A stretch of DNA of 36,462 bases from a virus (taxonomy: Duplodnaviria > Caudoviricetes): positions 1-36,462 of the IMG/VR virus record IMGVR_UViG_3300032332_000814; one strand, 5' to 3'. This document shows, piece by piece, positions 19,569 through 28,127 of this stretch (position 1 is its first letter; every line of letters starts with the position of its first letter). The notes below the pieces were generated by a model. That model saw nothing but the letters and a program-made list of their open reading frames with translations, had not been told where the DNA came from and searched no databases. A program made the position numbers and the translations under genes.

Positions 19569-20630
19569 TCATGGCGGCGTTGAACCTGCCGTACTGTTAG
19601 AATTTTGGAAATCACTTGCTGAATTTGCAAACTCTCTTTGCAAGAATAATCTTAATGCATCTACATCCGGTGTTTTTATTGTTGTTGTTAAATCACCTCC
19701 ATTAGTTGCATCTGTTGTAGTAGTTGTGGTTGATGTAATATATAGATATTCTGAAATAACGCTAGAATTTATGAGGTTTGCACCTGGTGTATTTGCAGAA
19801 ACAACTATATCATTTATTGCAGTATTTGTAGAATCACCTAAAGTTGTTAACGAACTCAATATTGTATTTAAATCGTTAGCACCTGTGACACTAGAAAAAT
19901 CAATGTTTTGTGTTGATGAAAATTGAGATGTTGCAGAAGCAATACTAGAATTCAATGCTGCAACCACACCAGTAACTTGATTGACGAGTCCTTGTATATT
20001 TTTATTGAAGGTGTTCAAACAATCCTGCAATAATTTTTTAATGTAATTTGGTAACTGTTTAATCCAATTCACAATTTGTTGTAGTTCTTTAACCAAATAA
20101 ACATACATTGCTGCCGTGGCAACATATTCTGCTATCTTTTTTGTTATTTTATTAATTTTTCTTACAATATCTCTTGCCGTATCAAAGGCGGCGGAATATA
20201 GACCAGAAGGATCTAAACTAAGTGTTGCGTTTAATGCTGTTAATACTGCTCTTACGCCATCCATGAATTGCCCAAGAAGGGCTTTAATAATTTGCGCAGC
20301 TTTGTTTTTTCCTTCTTTAATTGCGTTTTGTATAACAGTAACAGGATTATCAATTACACCAATATTAAGATCGCCAAAATTAATTAAAAATTTAAAATCG
20401 CAGGCGTGTTGTGAATTATTATTTGTTAGTTTTATTATTGAATTAGCTAAATTACCTCTTGCCAATCTAGGCGTAGCAGGTTCTCCATTCTTATAAACAA
20501 TTATGCCTTCTGGAGGTGTTGCTATATTTTTTAATGTGGTCTTGTTGGAAAAACCAGAAGGCATTTTTGCTATTAATGCATCAGCAAAACTTTGAACATC
20601 TTTAAGTCCTAATGTAGCATTTTCAGCCAT
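19569..20630 (-). CDS. gp5 middle piece (alpha-helical; sits where T4 has the lysozyme domain)
   Basis: Contains GEPATPRLARG, similar to the post-OB-fold gp5 linker motif, followed by long amphipathic helices. It lies between gp5-N and gp5-C. Confidence 0.6.
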   Translation of the reverse strand: MAENATLGLKDVQSFADALIAKMPSGFSNKTTLKNIATPPEGIIVYKNGEPATPRLARGNLANSIIKLTNNNSQHACDFKFLINFGDLNIGVIDNPVTVIQNAIKEGKNKAAQIIKALLGQFMDGVRAVLTALNATLSLDPSGLYSAAFDTARDIVRKINKITKKIAEYVATAAMYVYLVKELQQIVNWIKQLPNYIKKLLQDCLNTFNKNIQGLVNQVTGVVAALNSSIASATSQFSSTQNIDFSSVTGANDLNTILSSLTTLGDSTNTAINDIVVSANTPGANLINSSVISEYLYITSTTTTTTDATNGGDLTTTIKTPDVDALRLFLQREFANSASDFQNSNSTAGSTPP

Positions 20631-20638
20631 TTATACTC

Positions 20639-20944
20639 CTAATTTTTAATTTGAGAATTAATTAATCCACCAAATTTTCCTATAATTACAGGAAATTGAC
20701 CAGATAGACCATCAGTGAAAAATCCTAAAACCAATTCAGATTCTCTTGCATTTGAGGTTCCCGTAGAACCGTTTAACGATAATAGAGTTTGTGCCCATGG
20801 TAAATCTTCTGTTGGTATCTCACTTGTACTTTCACTATGCCAACCATATATTCGCACCTGGTGTCTTCCCATTTTTAATGGATCATCTGTATTCACAATC
20901 ATTCCAATCCACCAAGTAAATCCATTTTTACCTATAAAATTCAT
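20639..20944 (-). CDS. gp5: gp5 N-terminal OB-fold piece
   Basis: GKNGFTWWIGMIVNTDDPLKMGRHQVRIYGWH..IPTEDLPWA..VLGFFTDG..QFPVIIG. Confidence 0.9.
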   Translation of the reverse strand: MNFIGKNGFTWWIGMIVNTDDPLKMGRHQVRIYGWHSESTSEIPTEDLPWAQTLLSLNGSTGTSNARESELVLGFFTDGLSGQFPVIIGKFGGLINSQIKN

Positions 20945-20966
20945 TAAAACCTCTCAAATAATAAAG

Positions 20967-20974
20967 TATTTATT
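20967..20974 (-). promoter_or_regulatory. Late promoter candidate, gp5
   Basis: AATAAATA upstream of the GAGG SD of gp5-N. Confidence 0.55.
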
Positions 20975-22271
20975 ACGTCGCATAACTATCCTTAGATAGT
21001 TCTAATAAAGTTTGATAATATTCAGGTGTAACAATTGAATGCCTGACAGCAGTAATTAAATATTTACCAGAATACAATGGATTTGGTGATTTGTCATTTT
21101 CTTGCACTTTTGGTATAACAATATTTACAACAAGACCAACTTTTAAATTTGAATCACCTGGCACAACAATCTTGATTCTTGTATGTTCAAGAGAAGATAT
21201 ATCAATTGTTCTGCTGGGCACAAAAACTGATGCGTATATATCTTTTTTATCCGCAGTTGGTTTGGTACTCAAATATGAGTTGGATAGGTGATCCGGGTTT
21301 GCCATGACAACTTTTAAACAACCATCAAAAGATTGATCTTGTGTATATCCTAACCTGTTGGATAATGGTTTGGACACGTCCACATCATTTAGAAGTGCCC
21401 TTCCACTTTTTGCAAAATTCATTTCTGTGGTATTTGCTTTTGTTGAAAGAGTATCTATAGCAATTGTTTTTGATGCATAAACGCCACTATTAATATTTGT
21501 AATCACATCAAAAGGTTTTACAATTTCATAACGAATAATTTTATTTAATTTTTGTTGTAGTGTTTCATCTGGCAAATTAACCAATTCATATTTGTAGGTT
21601 TTGTATGGTGCCTGTTTAAATAATGATTGTATTGACCTAAAATAAAATCCAGATTTGTTCTGGAAAAATAACATATCTGCACTTTTTTGAAACGCTGCCG
21701 ATAAAGCAAAAGAAGATAACCAACTTATTGCCTCAAAAGGTTTTAACAACGGTACAATTAAATCATACATACCATGAGTATCTTCCACAAAAACTTTATT
21801 GTTTTGTATCTGTAGTTTACCTGTTGGAGTTTTGTCCGTCAATATGTAATTAATCATTTCAGATATTTTTTTACCTCTGAAAGATTTACAAACTTTATTT
21901 TGTTCGGATAAAATTAATTCTTCAGAACAGAAATAAATTTTATACACTTGACTTGTAAAATTTGATGCCGGTTCTATACTTTCTATTTTATAGATTCTAT
22001 ATTTGCCAGAAATATTATTTAATTCTTCTGTTGATTTGCCAAAATTTGCTTCGAAATATTCATTGCCGAGCATATTCTTTACTTCAATAACACCCGCCGC
22101 ATCTCTTAATACAACGTAACCTGTCACAGAAAAAGAAAATAAATCTTCGAAATAAGACAGTTCAACTATTAGATTTGTTATGTCTAATGGTGATTTATTT
22201 TGTGCTACAAGATTAAAATAAATTACCTTATAGTCCGAAGGATAAAATAATGAAGATGGATTAATTGTCAT
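20973..22271 (-). CDS. Baseplate hub protein (gp27-like position)
   Basis: ELSYFEDLFS..VTG, P.LKPFEAISWL, FFQNKSGFYFRSI, VPGDSNLKVG, SGKYLITAVRH; located between gp53 and gp5. Confidence 0.75.
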   Translation of the reverse strand: MTINPSSLFYPSDYKVIYFNLVAQNKSPLDITNLIVELSYFEDLFSFSVTGYVVLRDAAGVIEVKNMLGNEYFEANFGKSTEELNNISGKYRIYKIESIEPASNFTSQVYKIYFCSEELILSEQNKVCKSFRGKKISEMINYILTDKTPTGKLQIQNNKVFVEDTHGMYDLIVPLLKPFEAISWLSSFALSAAFQKSADMLFFQNKSGFYFRSIQSLFKQAPYKTYKYELVNLPDETLQQKLNKIIRYEIVKPFDVITNINSGVYASKTIAIDTLSTKANTTEMNFAKSGRALLNDVDVSKPLSNRLGYTQDQSFDGCLKVVMANPDHLSNSYLSTKPTADKKDIYASVFVPSRTIDISSLEHTRIKIVVPGDSNLKVGLVVNIVIPKVQENDKSPNPLYSGKYLITAVRHSIVTPEYYQTLLELSKDSYAT

Positions 22272-22858
22272 TTAAATAAATTATTATATTCAATTTCTAA
22301 TGTGGGAAGATATCTTGAATCTAAAATTTTTATCAATCTTTTAGATTCATTTAATTCATCTTCATAAACGTAATATGATACCTCTCTTTTGTCTGTGACA
22401 ATATTTAAATAATCATCTCCAATTTCCACATCAATTTCAGAAGGAACTGTCGAGTTGTATTCTTGTTGATTTATTTTAATTCGTTCTTCTGTTACTTCTT
22501 CTGTGTAAAGATTGGTTTTAGTTATTATTTTTTCGTAAAAATATATATCGTTTTTTTGTTGACCATATTTATTTTCAATAAAGTCATTAAAAACATTTAT
22601 AGTCATAGGCCAAGACCAAATAGGATGTTGCATTTCATTTACTATTAATATTGCCCAATAATAATAAGAATCTCCATAATATTTGTGCGCTATTATTTCC
22701 GGCGTATCGTCATCTTTAATTGAGTATTTGTAATATAATAAAGGGTTATCTAAAACTTTAGGTATCATTTTTGCTCTTACTGAAATATTCGTAAGCGCTA
22801 AAGAATATCCTTTTGGATTTGTATAGACAACTTTTGGTAGAACTTTAAAGTATCTCAT
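22268..22858 (-). CDS. gp53: Baseplate wedge subunit gp53
   Basis: YF..LP, Y.IKDDDTPEIIAHKYYGDS.YYWAILIVN (LysM-like), WPM, YEDELNESKRLIKIL. Confidence 0.9.
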   Translation of the reverse strand: MRYFKVLPKVVYTNPKGYSLALTNISVRAKMIPKVLDNPLLYYKYSIKDDDTPEIIAHKYYGDSYYYWAILIVNEMQHPIWSWPMTINVFNDFIENKYGQQKNDIYFYEKIITKTNLYTEEVTEERIKINQQEYNSTVPSEIDVEIGDDYLNIVTDKREVSYYVYEDELNESKRLIKILDSRYLPTLEIEYNNLFK

Positions 22859-23884
22859 TTAATAACCTTCATCTATTTTTCTTCTATCTAGTATTGTTGT
22901 TTCTTGAAATGATAAACCCATAGTTATTTGTGCAGGGTGACCATCTTTATAAGCAGACCACCCATTAGGTGCATAATTAACTTCTATACCGGTACACACG
23001 CAAGGCAATAGTTTAGGTATTTTATAGTTTTCTATTCCATTATGATGAAAACTAATCTGAAAAAAAGCAGGAGGTTTGAAAAGAAACCCAGCAGTATTTT
23101 GTACAATTTCAGGTGATGAATACCTTCTAAATGTTTTCACTATATTTCTTATACTTTGAGCTTCTGCTTCATCAGAAGGCGTCAAAACAAATGCCATTCC
23201 AAATGATCTAAACTCCACACCTTGAAACATTAATTGTTGTTGTGAATTTATTGCATACCCTGCTTTGTTTAATCCTAATTTTACTAAATTACCAAAAGTT
23301 CCTTCTCCATTTAAAGATGCCAATGCACCTTGCATAAATTTACCAACTTTCGGGACATTTCCTAAAATTCCTGAACCAACACTTGCAATTAAATCATTAA
23401 TATTTAAAGATGAGTAAGCAAATTGGGATGAAAAATCCAATGTATCTGGTGTATATAATTCAACAACAGCTGTTGTTTTTTCTGTTGGTGCATTTAAGAC
23501 ACCAGAATTTGCAATGCCACTTTTATATGCTGGATTATTTGCATCTGAGGGTCCAAAAGCCTTTTGGAAAAGTTGAGACCCTTCCGTTCCTACATTTCTA
23601 ACTGCTGTTGCAACTCCATTAACCAAATTTTTTGTCTGGCCCGCAATAGAATTTGCATTTTCCTGATCTGCTTCGGCCTTTGTAACCCCACCAATTGCAT
23701 TTGCTATTGGATTTAAATCATTTCCCAATTCATCTAGACTTTTACTCGTCACTTCAAATATATCAAATCTTATTTTATGGTTTTGATATCTACTATCCAC
23801 ATGGTTTGGATAACGATAAAGACCTGGTGTATATGGATTTCCAGTGACCGTATTGATCAAATTCTGCGCACCATTAGTTGCCAT
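22859..23884 (-). CDS. gp48: Baseplate tail-tube cap gp48
   Basis: YRYP, LYTP, AIN.QQQLMFQGVEFRSF.MAFVLTP...EA..I.NIVKTFR, CVCT.IEVNYAPNG, MGLSFQET. Confidence 0.88.
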   Translation of the reverse strand: MATNGAQNLINTVTGNPYTPGLYRYPNHVDSRYQNHKIRFDIFEVTSKSLDELGNDLNPIANAIGGVTKAEADQENANSIAGQTKNLVNGVATAVRNVGTEGSQLFQKAFGPSDANNPAYKSGIANSGVLNAPTEKTTAVVELYTPDTLDFSSQFAYSSLNINDLIASVGSGILGNVPKVGKFMQGALASLNGEGTFGNLVKLGLNKAGYAINSQQQLMFQGVEFRSFGMAFVLTPSDEAEAQSIRNIVKTFRRYSSPEIVQNTAGFLFKPPAFFQISFHHNGIENYKIPKLLPCVCTGIEVNYAPNGWSAYKDGHPAQITMGLSFQETTILDRRKIDEGY

Positions 23885-23909
23885 TTATATTCCCTTTGGT
23901 TTTATACAA

Positions 23910-23928
23910 TATTTATGTGTAATAAATA
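23910..23928. promoter_or_regulatory. Back-to-back T4-type late promoter candidates for the divergent structural operons
   Basis: CATAAATA on the minus strand (23917-23910, toward gp48) and AATAAATA on the plus strand (23921-23928, toward gp4). The T4 consensus is TATAAATA. Confidence 0.7.
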
Positions 23929-23943
23929 CGTTCGGAGGTTTAT

Positions 23944-24381
23944 ATGAAATACTTGCAAGGCAAATACAAAGTGAGAAACGTGGCGAAATATAATGGTGAT
24001 GCATCAAACGTCATATATAGATCCTCTTGGGAATTAAAATTTCTTGTTTGGTGTGATAATAACCCAAATGTCGTTTCTTTTTCTTCAGAAGAAATAATAA
24101 TACCGTACAAATCTCCTGTTGACGGTAAATTCCACAGGTACTTTGTCGATTTTATGGTAAAAATAAAAACCAAAGACAATACGACCAAAACTTATTTAGT
24201 TGAAGTTAAACCAAAAAGACAAACGCAACCTCCTGAAATTAAGAAACGCATAACAAAACAGTATATAAATGAAGTTACCACATGGGGTGTCAATCAATCC
24301 AAATGGAAAGCCGCGATTAATTATTGTTTAGATAGAGGTTGGGAGTTTAAAATACTTACCGAACAAGATTTAAATGTCTAA
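23944..24381 (+). CDS. gp4: Head completion nuclease gp4 (TnsA-like)
   Basis: KYNGD..NVIYRSSWELKF..WCD.NP, SSEE..IPY.SP.D.K.HRYFVDF, LVEVKP, VNQSKWKAA; GGAGG SD. Confidence 0.95.
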   Translation: MKYLQGKYKVRNVAKYNGDASNVIYRSSWELKFLVWCDNNPNVVSFSSEEIIIPYKSPVDGKFHRYFVDFMVKIKTKDNTTKTYLVEVKPKRQTQPPEIKKRITKQYINEVTTWGVNQSKWKAAINYCLDRGWEFKILTEQDLNV

Positions 24382-24388
24382 CTAAATA
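24381..24388 (+). promoter_or_regulatory. Late promoter candidate, gp2
   Basis: ACTAAATA 5 nt before the ATG, with no SD (possibly near-leaderless). Confidence 0.5.
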
Positions 24389-24393
24389 CCCCC

Positions 24394-24990
24394 ATGGAAT
24401 CAAAACTAACACAATTAGCAACAGAAAAAACTGGTGATCAACTAAAAACAATGACTGCGTTGTCATTTAAATGGTTGATGGCCAAGATCGCAGAAATAAA
24501 AAGACCATCAACTATACCAATTACTATCAGTAGAGAAAAGTCCAGACAAGTACCACAGTTTAGATTGGGAAGAATGTATTTCTTTTATTATGATGCAAAG
24601 ACAAAAGATGATTTGCCGTATTGGGATAGATTTCCTCTAGTTTTAGTATTGGAAAAATACAATGATGGTTTTTTAGGATTAAATTTGCATTATTTGCCTA
24701 TAAAACAAAGAGTTCTTTTTATGACCAAATTGATGAGGTTTGCAATACTAAATGAAGAAGATGAAATTATTCGTATGCGAGTAACTTATGATATATTAAA
24801 TTCGACGAGAAGGTTTAGAGAATTTCGTCCATGTTTAAAGAGATATTTATTTACGCATATCAGGTCAAAGATATTATTAGTACAACCGAATGAATGGGAT
24901 GTTGCAATGTTTCTACCAATACAACAATTTAGAAAAGACACTGCCAAGAATGTTTGGCAAGATTCATTGACGAAGATAAGGAATTCATAA
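24394..24990 (+). CDS. gp2: DNA end protector protein gp2
   Basis: GRMYFFYYDAKTKDDLPYWDRFPLV, GFLGLNLHYLP, PCLKRYL..HIRS, LPIQQF. Confidence 0.93.
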   Translation: MESKLTQLATEKTGDQLKTMTALSFKWLMAKIAEIKRPSTIPITISREKSRQVPQFRLGRMYFFYYDAKTKDDLPYWDRFPLVLVLEKYNDGFLGLNLHYLPIKQRVLFMTKLMRFAILNEEDEIIRMRVTYDILNSTRRFREFRPCLKRYLFTHIRSKILLVQPNEWDVAMFLPIQQFRKDTAKNVWQDSLTKIRNS

Positions 24991-25593
24991 ATGCCAGTAG
25001 AAATAAGCGAGTTTTTAGCCAGTTTCAGTACTGATTTAGCAAAACCTTCTAGGTTTGAGGTTGTTATTTCATTGCCCACAGAAGTAGCTGGACAAGACAC
25101 GCCTAGTAAAATTCTAATGTTGACCTGTGAAAACGCAAATTTACCTGGCAGAACATTTGCAACAATGGAACAAAAGAATTATGGTCCAGTTCAAAAGTAT
25201 CCGTATTTAAGTACATATACTGATATGGATTTAACCTTTATTGTTACTGGAAATATGGTTGCGAAGTATGTATTTGAAAGATGGATGCAATATATCAACA
25301 ATAGTGATAAATTTGATTTTGAATACAAGAAAAATTATGCTACAGAAATTAAAATAAAACAATTTGATAATTCTAATATTTTAACATACGCAATAAAGTT
25401 AATCAATGCGTTTCCAGTTTCAATTAATCAAATGGATTTAGATTCGTCATCTGATACCTATCATAAATTAAACGTCACATTTGCATATGATTATTGGGAA
25501 CAATTGACTTTATTATCAGGTAATGAATATGAATGGAATAGAGGAGACCGAATTGTTTACCCAGCAGAAACCAATGATACCCCACCAATTTAA
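24991..25593 (+). CDS. Tail tube initiator / tube-family protein (gp54/gp19-like)
   Basis: LAKPSRFEV, CENANLPGR, FERWMQYI, LINAFPVSI, VTFAYDYW. Confidence 0.8.
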   Translation: MPVEISEFLASFSTDLAKPSRFEVVISLPTEVAGQDTPSKILMLTCENANLPGRTFATMEQKNYGPVQKYPYLSTYTDMDLTFIVTGNMVAKYVFERWMQYINNSDKFDFEYKKNYATEIKIKQFDNSNILTYAIKLINAFPVSINQMDLDSSSDTYHKLNVTFAYDYWEQLTLLSGNEYEWNRGDRIVYPAETNDTPPI

Positions 25594-25608
25594 TAGGAGT
25601 TTTTTATT

Positions 25609-26331
25609 ATGCCTTTACCAAAAATTGATGTGCCGACTTATGAATTAGTCTTGCCATTAACAAAAAAGAAAATTAAGTTTAGACCATTTTTAGTTAAAGA
25701 ACAAAAAAATCTTTTGATGGCCATGGAATCTGATGATTCTGAAACCGTACATAATAGTATAAAAGATATATTAAATAATTGTACTTTGACTGAAGATGTT
25801 GTTATTGATAGATTGCCTATATTAGACGTTGAATATTATTTCATTAACCTTCGTGCGAAATCAGTTGGTGAAGTGGTCGAAGCAAAATATAGATGTAACA
25901 ATGATGTTGGTGAAAAGATATGTGGCAATGTTATGGAAGTTAATTTAAACCTGACTGATATAAATTTATCTGGTGAAGTAAGTGAAGAAGATATACAATT
26001 GACCGATAAAATATTTGTCAAGATGAAATATCCAGAATTTTATGTTGTTAAAGATTCGATCAACTTAAATAGTGTTGATATGGTCACGTTTAATATGATT
26101 GCAGAAAGTATTGAATATCTTTATGACGGTGAACAATATTACTATGCACATGAGGCACAACCAGGAGAGTTCCTACATTTTATCGAAAATTTAAATCAAG
26201 CACAGTTTGAAAAACTTGAAGAGTTCTTTAATGATTTACCTAAATTGAAAAAAGATGTTGAAATTAAATGTAATAAATGTGGATTTGATCATAGTATTGA
26301 AGTGGAGGGACTAGAAAGTTTTTTCGTCTAA
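25609..26331 (+). CDS. gp26: Baseplate hub assembly protein gp26
   Basis: MPLPKIDVPTYEL.LP...IKFRPFLVKEQK.LLMA, DVEY.FINLRAKSVGE, FF..LPKL, C..C, EGLESFF. Confidence 0.92.
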   Translation: MPLPKIDVPTYELVLPLTKKKIKFRPFLVKEQKNLLMAMESDDSETVHNSIKDILNNCTLTEDVVIDRLPILDVEYYFINLRAKSVGEVVEAKYRCNNDVGEKICGNVMEVNLNLTDINLSGEVSEEDIQLTDKIFVKMKYPEFYVVKDSINLNSVDMVTFNMIAESIEYLYDGEQYYYAHEAQPGEFLHFIENLNQAQFEKLEEFFNDLPKLKKDVEIKCNKCGFDHSIEVEGLESFFV

Positions 26332-26348
26332 TATTTCGTTATGATAAT

Positions 26349-26513
26349 TTGAAAAACTATTACAAAACAAATTTTGCAATGATGCAACACCATAAGTATA
26401 GTCTAACTGAATTGGAAAATATGTTGCCTTGGGAAAGAGAAATCTATATCAGTATGTTGGTACAATATGTCGAGGAAGAAAACCAAAAAATAAAAGAAAG
26501 AATGAGAAAATAA
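26349..26513 (+). CDS. gp51: Baseplate hub assembly catalyst gp51 (missed by ORF track; start uncertain)
   Basis: The frame is open from at least 26319: ..YDNLKNYYKTNFAMMQHHKYSLTELENMLPWEREIYISMLVQYVEEEN..RK* (TAA 26511-26513). Possible starts are TTG 26349 or ATG 26379, neither with a clear SD. Confidence 0.88.
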   Translation: MKNYYKTNFAMMQHHKYSLTELENMLPWEREIYISMLVQYVEEENQKIKERMRK

Positions 26514-28127
26514 ATGCAAATTTCTAATGGCACTAAAAACAAAGTCGCCTCAATTTTATCGTCTGGTCAAAATATTGCAGGCAATCTGCAACCTAGACCA
26601 CACGAATTGGAATTTGTTGCCGTTTCTACAAGATTATTAGGTGCGATATATTTACTTTTAGTCAATTCTAGAAATAGTGAATTGCAAGAAAGGCAATCGA
26701 AGTATAATAATTTAGAAGCAGAGAGATTGCAGAAAGATCGAAGAAATGCACAACTCATCAAAGTATTAACTCTAGGTGTTAGTGCTGCACCGACAAGAAA
26801 AGTATTTAAATCTTCTGGTGGTGGTGGCGGTAGATCATTATTTGGTACATTAGGTCTAGGTGCATTAGGTTTAGGTGCTGCTGGTGCGGTTGCTGCGCCT
26901 GCAAAACCTGCACCCTCACCAGCAAACCTACCTGGAACACACACCGATGCACAAGGTAATGTTTTGCAAAATCCTCCTGGTGTTTCAACATCATCTGTTG
27001 GTAGACCTGCTATTAAGATAGAGGAAATAACACAAGCAAAACCATCAGCAGAACCTATAACGCAGACTGCACCGCCTGTACCATCGGCACCAGCAGCAGG
27101 AGTACCAGCAGCAGGAGTACCAGCAGCAGGAGCAGGAGCACCAGCGCCGGCAGGAGCAGGAGCAGGAGCGCCGAAACCGGATCCAACGGTTAGTAGTCGG
27201 CTTGAAACCGGATCGCCCAATCCAATAACAAAAGTTGGTCAAATTGTAGAAGACCCTAAAGGTTCTGGAAGATATTCATATGGCATTTTTGGTATAAATG
27301 CTTCAAAACCGGGTAAAGTGAGTGGTTCACTTCTAAATTTTATACGCGATAATCCACAATTTGGTATGACCGAAAATATGTCTTTAACTAAAGTTAATAA
27401 AAAATGGAAAGAAGTTTCGACGCAAAATCCTCAAGCAATGTTGGACGCACAACATGCGTGGTATAACAAATATATTGTGCCTGAAGCAAAGGAAAATTTA
27501 AAAAAAGTTCCTGAAAAATTTCATTCGCCGAAATTAATAGATTTTTTAGCAGATAGAGCTTTGCAGATGGGTCCTTATGGCGAAGGTGCTTTTTCTTATG
27601 CTGCTGCAAATTCCAAAACATCTAGTGAATTTATTACAAATATGGTTAAATGGGATAACGATCATGTGGAAGGACTTTTTCGAACTGATCTTTCAAAAGT
27701 AAAAGACGAGAATAAACCAAGATATATTGCTGCATTACGACAAAGATCGGCTAGAAGAGGTGCGGCAGGTTTAGGCATAGAATATGTACCAGAACAATGG
27801 TTATCAAAAGAAGATGTTGAATTATTGAAACGAATAAAAACATCTGATGCATCTGATGTTGATACAGATCCTATAAGAATGGCTAGATATGTGGATGAAT
27901 CAGGTCAAGCATTGCATATTCTTATGGCCCCCGGTGAAGACTATGGACCAGAAAAAACGATCAACGGTAAAAAATACAGAAAAGCAGAGGAATTTGTATT
28001 ATCTCCTACACATTATGGTCAAAACAATGGTACTGGTGATACCGCAAATGTCGAAACTGTTCCTGATACAAACGACATGGCAATATATTTTCAGAAACAA
28101 TTAGAATACCAAAGAGGGTTTGCATAA
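26514..28127 (+). CDS. Tail/hub-associated protein with lysozyme-like (VgrG3 C-terminal-like) muralytic domain
   Basis: A Pro/Ala linker precedes SSRLETG..GRYSYGIFG..GSLLNF..KWKEV...P.AM.DAQHAW...Y, resembling lysozyme-superfamily phage tail hydrolases. It follows gp51. Confidence 0.6.
   Translation: MQISNGTKNKVASILSSGQNIAGNLQPRPHELEFVAVSTRLLGAIYLLLVNSRNSELQERQSKYNNLEAERLQKDRRNAQLIKVLTLGVSAAPTRKVFKSSGGGGGRSLFGTLGLGALGLGAAGAVAAPAKPAPSPANLPGTHTDAQGNVLQNPPGVSTSSVGRPAIKIEEITQAKPSAEPITQTAPPVPSAPAAGVPAAGVPAAGAGAPAPAGAGAGAPKPDPTVSSRLETGSPNPITKVGQIVEDPKGSGRYSYGIFGINASKPGKVSGSLLNFIRDNPQFGMTENMSLTKVNKKWKEVSTQNPQAMLDAQHAWYNKYIVPEAKENLKKVPEKFHSPKLIDFLADRALQMGPYGEGAFSYAAANSKTSSEFITNMVKWDNDHVEGLFRTDLSKVKDENKPRYIAALRQRSARRGAAGLGIEYVPEQWLSKEDVELLKRIKTSDASDVDTDPIRMARYVDESGQALHILMAPGEDYGPEKTINGKKYRKAEEFVLSPTHYGQNNGTGDTANVETVPDTNDMAIYFQKQLEYQRGFA
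27075..27180 (+). repeat. Low-complexity ccagcagcagga repeat (PAAG[V/A])
   Basis: caccagcagcaggagtaccagcagcaggagtaccagcagcaggagcaggagca... Confidence 0.85.

Noticed and set aside
20630-20641. TAG readthrough or alternative genetic code fusing the gp5 pieces
   Set aside because: The downstream ATG is out of frame with the TAG and has its own SD. Long genes are intact in the standard code, and TAG and TGA both act as stops.
23944-24381. TnsA-like nuclease as a transposon marker
   Set aside because: It is the core T4 gp4 in normal synteny, with no transposon ends or other tns genes.
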